A stretch of 64,000 nt of DNA, taken from assembly GCA_043801585.1 (NCBI GenBank), contig JAZDLX010000184.1, positions 17,683 through 81,682 on the forward strand, read 5' to 3'. Of this stretch, positions 39,143 through 48,224 are shown in pieces. Both the position numbers and the translations under genes were made by a program. The notes under the pieces are model-generated. The model worked only from the letters and a program-made list of their open reading frames with translations. It searched no databases and was not told where the DNA came from. Source of the DNA: a bacterium. GTDB lineage: Bacteria > Electryoneota > Electryoneia > Electryoneales > Electryoneaceae. The first letter of the stretch is position 1. Each line of letters starts with the position of its first letter.

Positions 39143-42049
39143 TTACTTGATCAGAACCATCTTCTGCATCTTGTGGAAATCAGCCGCATCGAAGCGCAGG
39201 AAGTAAACGCCCGAAGCCACCGGCATATTCGAATCGTTCACACCGTGCCACATCACCGTATGCTGTCCAGCGACCATCGGCTGATCAATCAGCGTCCGGA
39301 CCTTCTGGCCCAGCATGTTGTAAACAATCACCTTGACAGCAGCATTCTTGGGAAGCTGGAAGGCGACCGTGGTGGATGGGTTGAACGGGTTCGGATAGAC
39401 GGGATACAGCGCGAAGACCTTCGGCAGACCGGCCTCTGCGACAGATGCTTGCGGTCCCAGGAGGCTCTCCACATCGTACCAGAGACGTGGCTCGAGCTTC
39501 CAGGTGCCATAGCTGTACAACCAGATGCCCTGGATCCACGCCGGGCTGGTGTTCGATGTACCACCCGCGAGACCGCTGAACCAGGCCTTGATCGTCGAAT
39601 TGTTGGCGGCATAGTTGATCATGTCATCATCGACAAGGAACCGGTTGCCGCCGGCATCCTCAAAGGTCCAGTCGTACGAGTTCTTCTGCACGAAGGTCGG
39701 GTTCAGGATCTTCACAGCCTGGCTCTCATAGGGCTCAGGTGTGCCGGTCAGATCCGTAACGGAAACTTCGTGGAAGGTCAATGCATTGCCGGAGCTGTTG
39801 ACTGTGAAGTTCGTGCCAACGCTCTTCAGACGGGTGTTGTTGACGAACTTGCTGCCACCCGTGATTTCGTTGACGACACCGGTGACGGTAATCGCATCAC
39901 CCGCTTCAACGGCACTTCCAACAGCCATGTCAGTGCTGTTGATGTGGACCAGAATTGAGTTCCATGAAGGATCCGTACCTGCTTGGAGATAGTACGCGCA
40001 ACCTTCCGTATAGCCGTACTGGAAAGCAATGTCATTGCTGTCGATAACGACACCCGTTACGGTGACGCTGTAACCTTCGTAACGGCTGCTTCCGCCGGCA
40101 TACGGTGTCCACTGAAGCTGTGCAATCGTCAACGGGCTGGCTGACACGTGATACCCGTTGAGGAACTTGCTGGTGTCACTCGGCTCAAGGGTTGTAACGA
40201 CCGATAGGTCTTCAAAGGTGTTGAATGCCTCTGAGAAGTACCAGACATCGGCACCCTCGGACTGCGCCGGGATTATGGCCACGAAGGAGTCGCCTTCAAC
40301 GTTGGTCATCTTGACGCCTGTAAAGTCGCCGGTTTCACCGACACGGTACCAGACGAACGCGCTGTCAACCTGCACATCGTCAATGATGTTGTACGCGATA
40401 CCAACCGCATCCGAAGGAGTCGGAGCAGCGATGTTGCGGCCACCACTGACGAAGAGCGGCGGAGCCTCGCCGAGAACGATGTCGATCAATGGAAACTTGG
40501 GAGCAACCTTGTAGGTCCAGTGCGATCCATCGACATCACCAAGAGAACCGAAGTGATCATAGACCCAGCCGACGACACTGTCGATGATGGTGTTTACTGG
40601 CGGTTGACCAAAGGTATCCCAGTTTGACGCTTCCGGTGAACCGGTAAAGTCGGAGTCGTCGTCGATACCGAATCCGGGTGTGGCGTCCGGAGTAGGATCA
40701 TCCACAACGAATTTCATGTTGTCGAGACCCGGGGTATTGTTCACAACCTGGACACCCTTCAGGTAGACAAACGCCGTGCCCCACTTCTCGATTTTACGGC
40801 CGTCACGGACATCGGCAACAGTCACCTGAACTGGTGCGGGGAGCGGGTGATCGAACGTTGGGACTTCGATCGGCTCCGTGATGAACAGCTCGGTCATGTT
40901 GCCTTCACCGGTGATGTACTCGGAGATGTACCCGGTGACAATCACCTCATCGCCATCAAAGAGATACGGAAATGCCGTGGAGTCAGGATCATAGGAGAGC
41001 ACCGAACTCCAGGGCTGCTCGACGGGATCGGTATCGAGAGCATATACCGCATCGGACATGATGAACTTCACGCCAGCACCGGCGTAGTTGAGGCCTGTGG
41101 AACTGGTCACAACACCACGCACGGTGACTGTATCCTGTCTGCCGGTAACTGTTCCATCAAAGAATGCGTAACGTGCGTTCGATGAGTAGGACTGATCCAG
41201 CATGTAGGTGTTGCCGCTTCCATCCGTCTGGATCTTCATGTCGTACGGACGGACCTGCTGGAACCACGAGAACTGGGTATACCAGCCGTTGTCAGGATCT
41301 ACGGCAACCTTCAGGTCATGGCTGATTTCGGGAAGGATGTGGTACCCGTAAGAGACGTTGACAACACCGCGAACGTAATCGAAGGGCTGGTCCAGCAATC
41401 GCTTGTGGAAATAGCCGTACGTGGTGTTTTGCGGGTTGTCAATCAGCACAGTGCTGTCGCCGTCAGTGACAGACCATTCACCGTATCCGGCATCAGCATT
41501 GTCACATACCACATCATTCACTTGGACCAGGACACCTTCCCACTGCTCAGCGCCTGTACGGTTGTAAAACGGGGTCAGGTCCGCTGCAGGAACAACCGTG
41601 TAAGCGCACGCAGCAGGCAGATCAGTCCAGTCCACAACGTCCGAGAGAACAGTGACATCCGTTGCGGGTGTCATCGGCGAAATTTCAGTGATGTAGTTGC
41701 CGTTCGTGTCACTGCCGGATTTGTACTCCGTCACCTTGCCTCGAACACTGACCTTCGTGCCGAAAGCAAAATCAAAACCCGCAGCGCTTTTGTAGATGTA
41801 GACGCCATGCCAGGCGCCTGCGGAGTCTGCCATCCAGAAACCGCGTCCATCGGGATTCATGGAGAGTGGTTCAAACGTAACCCAACCCTCTACAGTTACG
41901 GTGTCGCCCATCAGGGTACTTCGATCTTCAGTCACTGGGTCGGCAACGAACTGTACCGTTTTGATGGGTGTAATACCCGGCCATTCCGTAGCGTACGTCG
42001 CGGAAACAGCCAACAGCATCACAACCATCAGAATGATAACTTTACGCAT
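39143..42049 (-). CDS. Secreted protein with three tandem OB-fold modules and a T9SS type A/FlgD-like C-terminal sorting domain
   Basis: Signal peptide; repeats TVTVEGWVT..GVYIY..VSVRGKVTEY, TVTVRGVVT..VIVTGYISEY, SVTVTGVV..ITVTGVVNE; CTD YPNPFNPSTT..VYNMLGQKV..SGVYF..KMVLIK. Confidence 0.8.
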   Translation of the reverse strand: MRKVIILMVVMLLAVSATYATEWPGITPIKTVQFVADPVTEDRSTLMGDTVTVEGWVTFEPLSMNPDGRGFWMADSAGAWHGVYIYKSAAGFDFAFGTKVSVRGKVTEYKSGSDTNGNYITEISPMTPATDVTVLSDVVDWTDLPAACAYTVVPAADLTPFYNRTGAEQWEGVLVQVNDVVCDNADAGYGEWSVTDGDSTVLIDNPQNTTYGYFHKRLLDQPFDYVRGVVNVSYGYHILPEISHDLKVAVDPDNGWYTQFSWFQQVRPYDMKIQTDGSGNTYMLDQSYSSNARYAFFDGTVTGRQDTVTVRGVVTSSTGLNYAGAGVKFIMSDAVYALDTDPVEQPWSSVLSYDPDSTAFPYLFDGDEVIVTGYISEYITGEGNMTELFITEPIEVPTFDHPLPAPVQVTVADVRDGRKIEKWGTAFVYLKGVQVVNNTPGLDNMKFVVDDPTPDATPGFGIDDDSDFTGSPEASNWDTFGQPPVNTIIDSVVGWVYDHFGSLGDVDGSHWTYKVAPKFPLIDIVLGEAPPLFVSGGRNIAAPTPSDAVGIAYNIIDDVQVDSAFVWYRVGETGDFTGVKMTNVEGDSFVAIIPAQSEGADVWYFSEAFNTFEDLSVVTTLEPSDTSKFLNGYHVSASPLTIAQLQWTPYAGGSSRYEGYSVTVTGVVIDSNDIAFQYGYTEGCAYYLQAGTDPSWNSILVHINSTDMAVGSAVEAGDAITVTGVVNEITGGSKFVNNTRLKSVGTNFTVNSSGNALTFHEVSVTDLTGTPEPYESQAVKILNPTFVQKNSYDWTFEDAGGNRFLVDDDMINYAANNSTIKAWFSGLAGGTSNTSPAWIQGIWLYSYGTWKLEPRLWYDVESLLGPQASVAEAGLPKVFALYPVYPNPFNPSTTVAFQLPKNAAVKVIVYNMLGQKVRTLIDQPMVAGQHTVMWHGVNDSNMPVASGVYFLRFDAADFHKMQKMVLIK

Positions 42050-42127
42050 GTTTCTTTATACCTCCCTGTTGGTGAGGATTGTATCTCTCACTTGTCCGTT
42101 ACACCTGTCCCGGTTGCACCGGGCTCT

Positions 42128-44611
42128 TTATTTGATCACCAGAAAACGTCCCATCTTCTTGTCTCCGGAATCGGTGTCCTTGACGACGTAGATGTAGAGT
42201 CCCGTTGCGATTTCCTGTCCTTTCTCCGTCAGCAGATCCCAGGCGTGTTCACCACCGGCGAATGCGCTTCTTTCACCGGTGGAAGACGATCCTCCGATTC
42301 GCGCGACATCCTGAGCGCTATAGGTGGCGGCATCATGTTCGAACCGGTCGATTCGTTCGCCGGCGGTATTGAAGATAGTCACCTCGCAATGCTGGGGGAG
42401 ATAACGGAACCAGATCAACCGCTCATCCTGATTCAAACCGTCCCATGCAGCGCGTCCCCGATATGGATTCGGGTACACGCTGATACGTTGATCGTTGCTG
42501 GCGACCGGCCGTGTGCCGGGATAGGCGAATGTACGGTTTGCGGTTCTATTGGACTCAAGACTCTGCAGGTTGTTCGCCGGGTCGCCCCGGTCATATGCCG
42601 TCACCGAGTAATAGAGCTCACGCGGCCAGCCGTTTTTGACGCCGTAATTGACCCATCGGTAGGTCGGTTCAAATCCAAACTGTGATTGAATTGCGCTTCT
42701 AATCGAATCCTCCTGTTCAACCGTCAACTCCCCGCTGGCGACGAGGGAGTCGAGATGGATGGAGGCCATACCGAGGTCATACCCAACGTGGGTGTTGTCA
42801 TCATCCGTGGGATCGACGTCATAATTGACATCCCAATCCGCCAGCAGGGTCCACTCGCCGGTTACACCTTCACTGGTGGTCTTCGGAGAGGAATATACCC
42901 GATAGCCTTCAAAGTCGATCTTGTTGCTGATCGGATCGACGGCAAATTCCGGAGCATTGTTCCAGTAGAGTGTTACCTGACGGTCCGCGGGCACGATGGC
43001 GAGTGATGGAGCAGGAGGTGCACCTGGCAAAATGTAGCGGGTAATTTTTCCATCACCGTCTTTGTCCTCACCCGGATCCAGGATGCCGTTCCCGTTGCGA
43101 TCTTCGCCATCATAGGCGATCTGTGCCCATTCCGCGTTCAGATACAGGTTACTCCGGCGTTCCGCATTGTCATCACCCGTTCCGTTCCAGAGTCCTGCTA
43201 CAATCGCATAAGCCACCTTGTACCGTTCGCCGGGAGCAAGGTTAGGCATCGGACCGGTGGAGAGGAAAAGCATCCATGACTGTTGATAATCGCTTGTCGT
43301 CGGAAGACGGTTGCCGTCGAGACCGACGCGCATCACGTTATAGCGATCTTCCTCGGTCTGAGGCATTCCATATTCATCAGGGAATCGCGACCCACCCCAC
43401 GTCCACTGGTGAAAATAGGCATTCCAAGTATTCGGTAGAGCTGCAGCATTGACCGGTTCAGCGCCCAATACCTTCACCCCGAGATAACTCTGAGCCCACC
43501 CGGCATCCCCGTCAAAATCGAACTGCATCGCCAGACGCTTTGAATTGCTGTAAGCGTTCATGTTGTCATACCAGTTCCAACGCCCACCGGGACCACCCTG
43601 ACTGCTGTAATAATTCGTGTAATTCATATTACCAACGGAACCATCCACCCAGACGCCGAAATAGGGATCGGTGATTGCTTTCCCCGTCCAGATCGTGTCG
43701 CCATCGGCAAATTCCCGGACAACTCCTGCGCCATAATTCACTGTCTCGCCGCCAGCTCCCGCGATCCTCATGCCCGTGGGAATGTTCGTCACCGTGTAGT
43801 TGAGGATCGTAAAGGCATCCGCGAACGGATCGTTCCAGGAGTAGGCTTCGAGATAGACGTGGATACCGAGAGGTTGATGGTACTTGACTGCAACACCAGT
43901 CCCCGGAACAATGAGATTGGTGTCGGTAAAAGCGGTGATCAGGTCCTGGTGACTGACGGCGTTGGGATCGTAAACGGTGGCGTAGGCGGCGTAGGGGTTT
44001 GAGGGTGAGGCATCGACGATGGAGCTTCGGGTGACGACGGAATCCCAAGAGGTCGTTCCAAAGTCCCACTCCCCGTTGACCAACGGGGCGTCGATCGCAC
44101 CACCAAACGTGATGTACGGGTCTATTGGATCGTCTGCGTGCGTCAGGTCAAACCTGCGGTCGATTTCTGCCAGATGCCGGAAAACAGGTGTATCCCTGAT
44201 CGTCCGTTGTGCCGAGGAGGTGAACTCCCACCCACCTTCATCGGGCGCAAACACACCATCGTAAACAGCAGTGGTAACGTGTACTTGTCCATCCTTGACA
44301 CCACCGATCCAGATGCCAGCATAACTGAAATGTTCGATCTGTTCTTTCGCGATTGTCGTGCGGATTTTGTACATGCAGGAGGGTTGGTCGGGGGTGTTGA
44401 ATCCCTGGCCAAGAACACCAAAGTTTGTGATCGTCAAGCCGATGTTTCCGACGCTGGTATTATGCCAGTAATCATCACTGGCCGTCTTCCGTAACGCTTT
44501 CCCCTGATCAGCGGCGATGGTCACATTCGCTGCCAGAATCAGCCCAGCGCCAAAAAACGCCAGTGCAGTACGAACTGGGCTACGAAAGCGATGGATAGGT
44601 AAGTGTCTCAC
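42128..44611 (-). CDS. Uncharacterised secreted protein with Ca-binding-like DxxGNG repeats, FN3-like domain and variant C-terminal sorting domain
   Basis: Signal peptide; GNIGLTITNFG N-domain; DRNGNGILDPGEDKDGDG; VTLYW..FEGYRVY..YYSVTAYD; C-terminus YPNPY..WDLLT..IATGLYIYVV..GRFLVIK. Confidence 0.7.
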   Translation of the reverse strand: MRHLPIHRFRSPVRTALAFFGAGLILAANVTIAADQGKALRKTASDDYWHNTSVGNIGLTITNFGVLGQGFNTPDQPSCMYKIRTTIAKEQIEHFSYAGIWIGGVKDGQVHVTTAVYDGVFAPDEGGWEFTSSAQRTIRDTPVFRHLAEIDRRFDLTHADDPIDPYITFGGAIDAPLVNGEWDFGTTSWDSVVTRSSIVDASPSNPYAAYATVYDPNAVSHQDLITAFTDTNLIVPGTGVAVKYHQPLGIHVYLEAYSWNDPFADAFTILNYTVTNIPTGMRIAGAGGETVNYGAGVVREFADGDTIWTGKAITDPYFGVWVDGSVGNMNYTNYYSSQGGPGGRWNWYDNMNAYSNSKRLAMQFDFDGDAGWAQSYLGVKVLGAEPVNAAALPNTWNAYFHQWTWGGSRFPDEYGMPQTEEDRYNVMRVGLDGNRLPTTSDYQQSWMLFLSTGPMPNLAPGERYKVAYAIVAGLWNGTGDDNAERRSNLYLNAEWAQIAYDGEDRNGNGILDPGEDKDGDGKITRYILPGAPPAPSLAIVPADRQVTLYWNNAPEFAVDPISNKIDFEGYRVYSSPKTTSEGVTGEWTLLADWDVNYDVDPTDDDNTHVGYDLGMASIHLDSLVASGELTVEQEDSIRSAIQSQFGFEPTYRWVNYGVKNGWPRELYYSVTAYDRGDPANNLQSLESNRTANRTFAYPGTRPVASNDQRISVYPNPYRGRAAWDGLNQDERLIWFRYLPQHCEVTIFNTAGERIDRFEHDAATYSAQDVARIGGSSSTGERSAFAGGEHAWDLLTEKGQEIATGLYIYVVKDTDSGDKKMGRFLVIK

Positions 44612-44947
44612 GGTCGTAGCAGGTCCTCACGTTGCTTCCTGAACGGATGCCAATGATTCGACCAGATCGACTTCAGGAGTACAAACCCCTCTGCAGCCGA
44701 CCTTGCGTCAAGCTGCCGAACTCTCGTTAAGCTCTCATGAGGAAAAGGTTTAGGTCTCCCGAGAAGCTAACGAATCTTCGGAACCGTGGGAACTGGATCA
44801 TGTTCCACATTTCACGGCTTCGGAGAAGATAGGGGCCTTAATCAGACAGCTCCAAGGTCGAGGAGAGTCGTTTTTTAAGGTAGGTATTCCAAACCCTAAG
44901 CCCCTGTCTCTGAGAGATTTGGCCCCATTTTTAATAACATCACAAGG

Positions 44948-46255
44948 TTATCGAATCAATGTCACACGTCGAAGATCCACACTCCCGCCGCTGACAGTTC
45001 TCAACAGATAGACACCGCTGGAAAGTTTGTCCGCCGGGAGGGTCAAATGATGAGCTCCGGCGGTGAGATACCCCGCCTGCATCTCCCAGACCTGACGTCC
45101 GAGGAGATTGTACAGCGCAAGATGGACCTGGCCGGATTGCCTCAGGTTCAGACTCACACTGGCTGTGCTGTTGAAGGGATTCGGATAGACTGAAACGATC
45201 ATGAAATGTGAAGGGAGGTTCTGCACGTAATCGTCCCGCACACCTGAGATCCCATCCACCGCAATGTCCATGACGACCGGGAGGTGATCCGAGGCATAAT
45301 AGAGGGCGTCAGCCACTTCTCGGCGAACTGCAAGGTTTTCCGGATAGTTGATATTTAAGTTAAAGTGCTGCCCATCATTACCGAAAGCGTGGTAGCTTTC
45401 CGGCAAGTAATCAAGGCCGGTGCTGTCGAAGAATTCCGGTGACGCGAGGATGAAGTCGAAACGGTCGTCAAGGCCCCCTGTCGCACCTTCATCATAGAGA
45501 CCTGTTGAAGAGGTGCGTGTGCTTTGGGTATGAACATCCGCAAACGCACTGTTGTTGGTCCACGATCCCACCCGATTGATAGGATCTCGGAAAAGATCGG
45601 TTGACGTTGCGGCTTGCCAGGCTGTCCCGCTTGCACGATAGAGATTAAAGTCGCCACAGAAAATTAGATTGCTCCCCACCAGAGATTTGTTGTTGATCTG
45701 TGTGATCATTGCGTTGATCTGCTGCGTCCTCGTCGACTCATCTGCACTATTATTACTTGCTTTCAGGTGCGTGATGAACACGTACATCGTATCAAACAAG
45801 TCGTCGTGCTGGAAATTCACCTGAAATTGTACGATATCGCGAATCGGTGCGGTGATCAGGTAGATCGGCCCCAGGGAAATCCCGCGATCCGTACGATAGT
45901 AAAGCTGAACATCATAGGAGGATGTCGGTGACAGGAGTGACTTTGCCCACTTGCCGGGGGCGATAACGTCGAGGACGTTGCTAAGGAACCGAGTTGATCC
46001 CGTACCACTCCAAACTTCTTCCACAGAAATGATGTCTGGATCAATCGTGGAGATGACCGTCCGATAATAGGGCTCACGTTCATCCTCGTGATGATCGGCA
46101 ACGCCGTCATAAGTGTAGTTCAAGATGTTCCACGCCATAAAGCGGAGCGTTTCCGTCTGTGCCTGAACAGAGTGGATAAAGGTGAGGGAAACCAGCGTGA
46201 TCAGCAAGCCGCCTGAGATCCAACTCTTCAGAAACCGTTTCGTTGCACCGTGCAT
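44948..46255 (-). CDS. Secreted endonuclease/exonuclease/phosphatase (DNase I-like) protein with T9SS type A sorting domain
   Basis: EEP motifs MAWNILN, DIISVEE, THLKA, GDFN, FDFIL, SDHLPV; CTD YPNPFN..YNLLGRQV..SGVY; signal peptide; SD GGGAG before ATG 46255. Confidence 0.88.
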   Translation of the reverse strand: MHGATKRFLKSWISGGLLITLVSLTFIHSVQAQTETLRFMAWNILNYTYDGVADHHEDEREPYYRTVISTIDPDIISVEEVWSGTGSTRFLSNVLDVIAPGKWAKSLLSPTSSYDVQLYYRTDRGISLGPIYLITAPIRDIVQFQVNFQHDDLFDTMYVFITHLKASNNSADESTRTQQINAMITQINNKSLVGSNLIFCGDFNLYRASGTAWQAATSTDLFRDPINRVGSWTNNSAFADVHTQSTRTSSTGLYDEGATGGLDDRFDFILASPEFFDSTGLDYLPESYHAFGNDGQHFNLNINYPENLAVRREVADALYYASDHLPVVMDIAVDGISGVRDDYVQNLPSHFMIVSVYPNPFNSTASVSLNLRQSGQVHLALYNLLGRQVWEMQAGYLTAGAHHLTLPADKLSSGVYLLRTVSGGSVDLRRVTLIR

Positions 46256-46440
46256 GGTACGTTCTCCCAAGGCTCTTTCGTACGCACTTCAGTATGGCAA
46301 AGATCATGCAGCATGATACGGAGCACACCCATCAATGCTGCCTTGCCAGACGTCGATGGGGAGTCACCAGTAGTAGTCACAATCTACCAGTGTTGACGAG
46401 TCGTCATCGAATCGTCCAGCAATCGGTGCCCCTGAACGAT

Positions 46441-46471
46441 AAAAAAAAACCGCAACCGATCTGGTTGCGGT
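46441..46471 (-). terminator. Rho-independent terminator of the csp gene
   Basis: ACCGCAACC/GGTTGCGGT stem followed on the minus strand by a run of 8-9 T. Confidence 0.85.
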
Positions 46472-46494
46472 CATGTCGTCAGGACGAAGCTATG

Positions 46495-46698
46495 CTACTT
46501 GCCTATCCGCTTGACATTCGTAGCGGCCGGGCCTTTCTGCCCCTGCTCCAGGTCGAATTCTACTTCCTCTCCTTCGGCGAGCGTCTTGAAACCGTCTCCC
46601 TGAATCGAGCTGAAGTGAACGAATACATCACGACCGTCTTCCGCTTCAATAAAACCGAATCCCTTGGACTCGTTGAACCACTTAACTTTACCCTGCAT
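46495..46698 (-). CDS. Cold-shock protein (CspA family)
   Basis: [39 protein letters not shown]; 67 aa. Confidence 0.95.
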   Translation of the reverse strand: MQGKVKWFNESKGFGFIEAEDGRDVFVHFSSIQGDGFKTLAEGEEVEFDLEQGQKGPAATNVKRIGK

Positions 46699-46911
46699 GC
46701 TTTTCTCAACTTCCTGCAATAATTTGTACCTCCGACAACTGCTGCCGGAGACTATCGGGGCTTAACTTAACGGATTTTCAAGCGGATACCAACTGAAATC
46801 TCGAAAACACCTCAATGCCTCCGAGGTCTCTCATTTCTTCGAGACAGAGTGTCCAGCAGAATCGGATGCTTTCAGCTCAAGTCCTTCCTTTCCGTGTCAA
46901 ATCAATAATAA

Positions 46912-47173
46912 TCAAGTTATTGAAAGAAATACTCCCCGTTCGAGCCGTTCCAGCCGGCAGTCGCGCACCATCCACTCCCCTCGCCCCGGCACCTGTTCCG
47001 GAAAGATGGCAGGTATCCCTTCGTACACCGGAACAGTCGATGTTCTCAGCGCCGGCAGGTGCGTCGAGACCTTCGCCAAACAGCTCGATCCGCTCTCCGC
47101 GAAACAGGACGTCCGCCTGGCAAACTGCGCCGGGGCTGACAACCCTGCCTCCTCGAAGCAGCAGATCACTCAC
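46912..47173 (-). pseudogene. Dihydropyrimidinase/hydantoinase (HydA/HyuA-like) remnant with a large internal deletion
   Basis: First 49 codons (SDLLLRGGRVV..ADVLFRGERI..IDCSG) match the cyclic amidohydrolase N-terminus; a shifted frame then gives VYEG..PEQV.GRGEWMVRD..RGVFL, matching its C-terminus. The catalytic TIM barrel is absent. Confidence 0.7.
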
Positions 47174-48224
47174 CACCCTCCCCGTTGAACGTCAGGGACG
47201 CCGCGGAACGGCGATGTGTTCGGAGGTGGTGGATGATTTCAGAGATGATGCTTATCGCGATTTCGGGGACAGTTTCCGCCTTGAGGTCGAGACCGACAGG
47301 AACATGGATGCGATCGAGCGTCTGCTTCGGATTTCCCTCTTTCTCCAGCGTTTTTGCGATGAGGCTCCATTTGCGCCGACTGCTCATCAACCCGAGGTAG
47401 GAAATCTCCTGCTCCAACAGCCAACGAAGCATCTGGAGATCATGCTGATGTCCGCGCGTGGCGATGACGACGTAATCGTCCGGGGCGATCTTCGCCCGGG
47501 AGGCGAGATGATCGTAGGAACCGCAGTCGATACGCACGGCGTGCGGGAAGCGTTCGGCGTTCGCAAGGTCCGGACGGTCGTCATAAATGCAAACGTCCAG
47601 CTCGATGAAATGTGCCACCTCAGCGAGTGCCTGACCGACGTGACCCGCACCAAGAATATGCAGCCGTGGAGTGGGTTTCAGATATTCAATGAGAAATGAC
47701 GTAGCTTCTTCTTCAGCGGCGACACTGCGCTGCTCGTTCTTTGCCCTTTCGATCAACTTCTTCACTTTTTCGGGTAGTTCCGGGGCAGGGTCCCTGCCGT
47801 GCAGCACGGTCCGTTCGATGGAAACCGGATCTCCCTGAATGATGGTCAGCACCGTGACCGTTTCCGACTTGTCAAACGCCTCGGAGAGTGATTTCCAGCA
47901 GGCAAGCACTTCACGGGTAACAGGTTCAATCAGCATGCGTGTCCAGCCACCGCAGATTCCCGCCTCGCCCTCAACATCGTTCGAGCTCATGTCGAAATCC
48001 GCCAACACCGGCCGCCCGTGATCCAGAACTTCAAGAGCCCGTTGAATCACCAGGTTTTCCATCGATCCGCCGCCAACGGTTCCGAACGTACGGCCGCCAT
48101 CAAGCACGAGCATCGATGGGTAGTCCTTGCGTGGAACAGACCCTTTCCAGGCCACCTGCGAACAGAGCACTGCCGGGGTGGCTTCGTCCCACGAAATCAG
48201 TTTGTTCAAAAGATGCTTATCCAT
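47166..48224 (-). CDS. XdhC/CoxF-family molybdenum hydroxylase accessory protein
   Basis: GSVPR..M..GTVGGG.ME, ICGG, ILGAGHVG, DDR, TRGHQHD, Y.GLMSSRRK, PVGLDL.AETVPEIAISI. Confidence 0.9.
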   Translation of the reverse strand: MDKHLLNKLISWDEATPAVLCSQVAWKGSVPRKDYPSMLVLDGGRTFGTVGGGSMENLVIQRALEVLDHGRPVLADFDMSSNDVEGEAGICGGWTRMLIEPVTREVLACWKSLSEAFDKSETVTVLTIIQGDPVSIERTVLHGRDPAPELPEKVKKLIERAKNEQRSVAAEEEATSFLIEYLKPTPRLHILGAGHVGQALAEVAHFIELDVCIYDDRPDLANAERFPHAVRIDCGSYDHLASRAKIAPDDYVVIATRGHQHDLQMLRWLLEQEISYLGLMSSRRKWSLIAKTLEKEGNPKQTLDRIHVPVGLDLKAETVPEIAISIISEIIHHLRTHRRSAASLTFNGEGGE

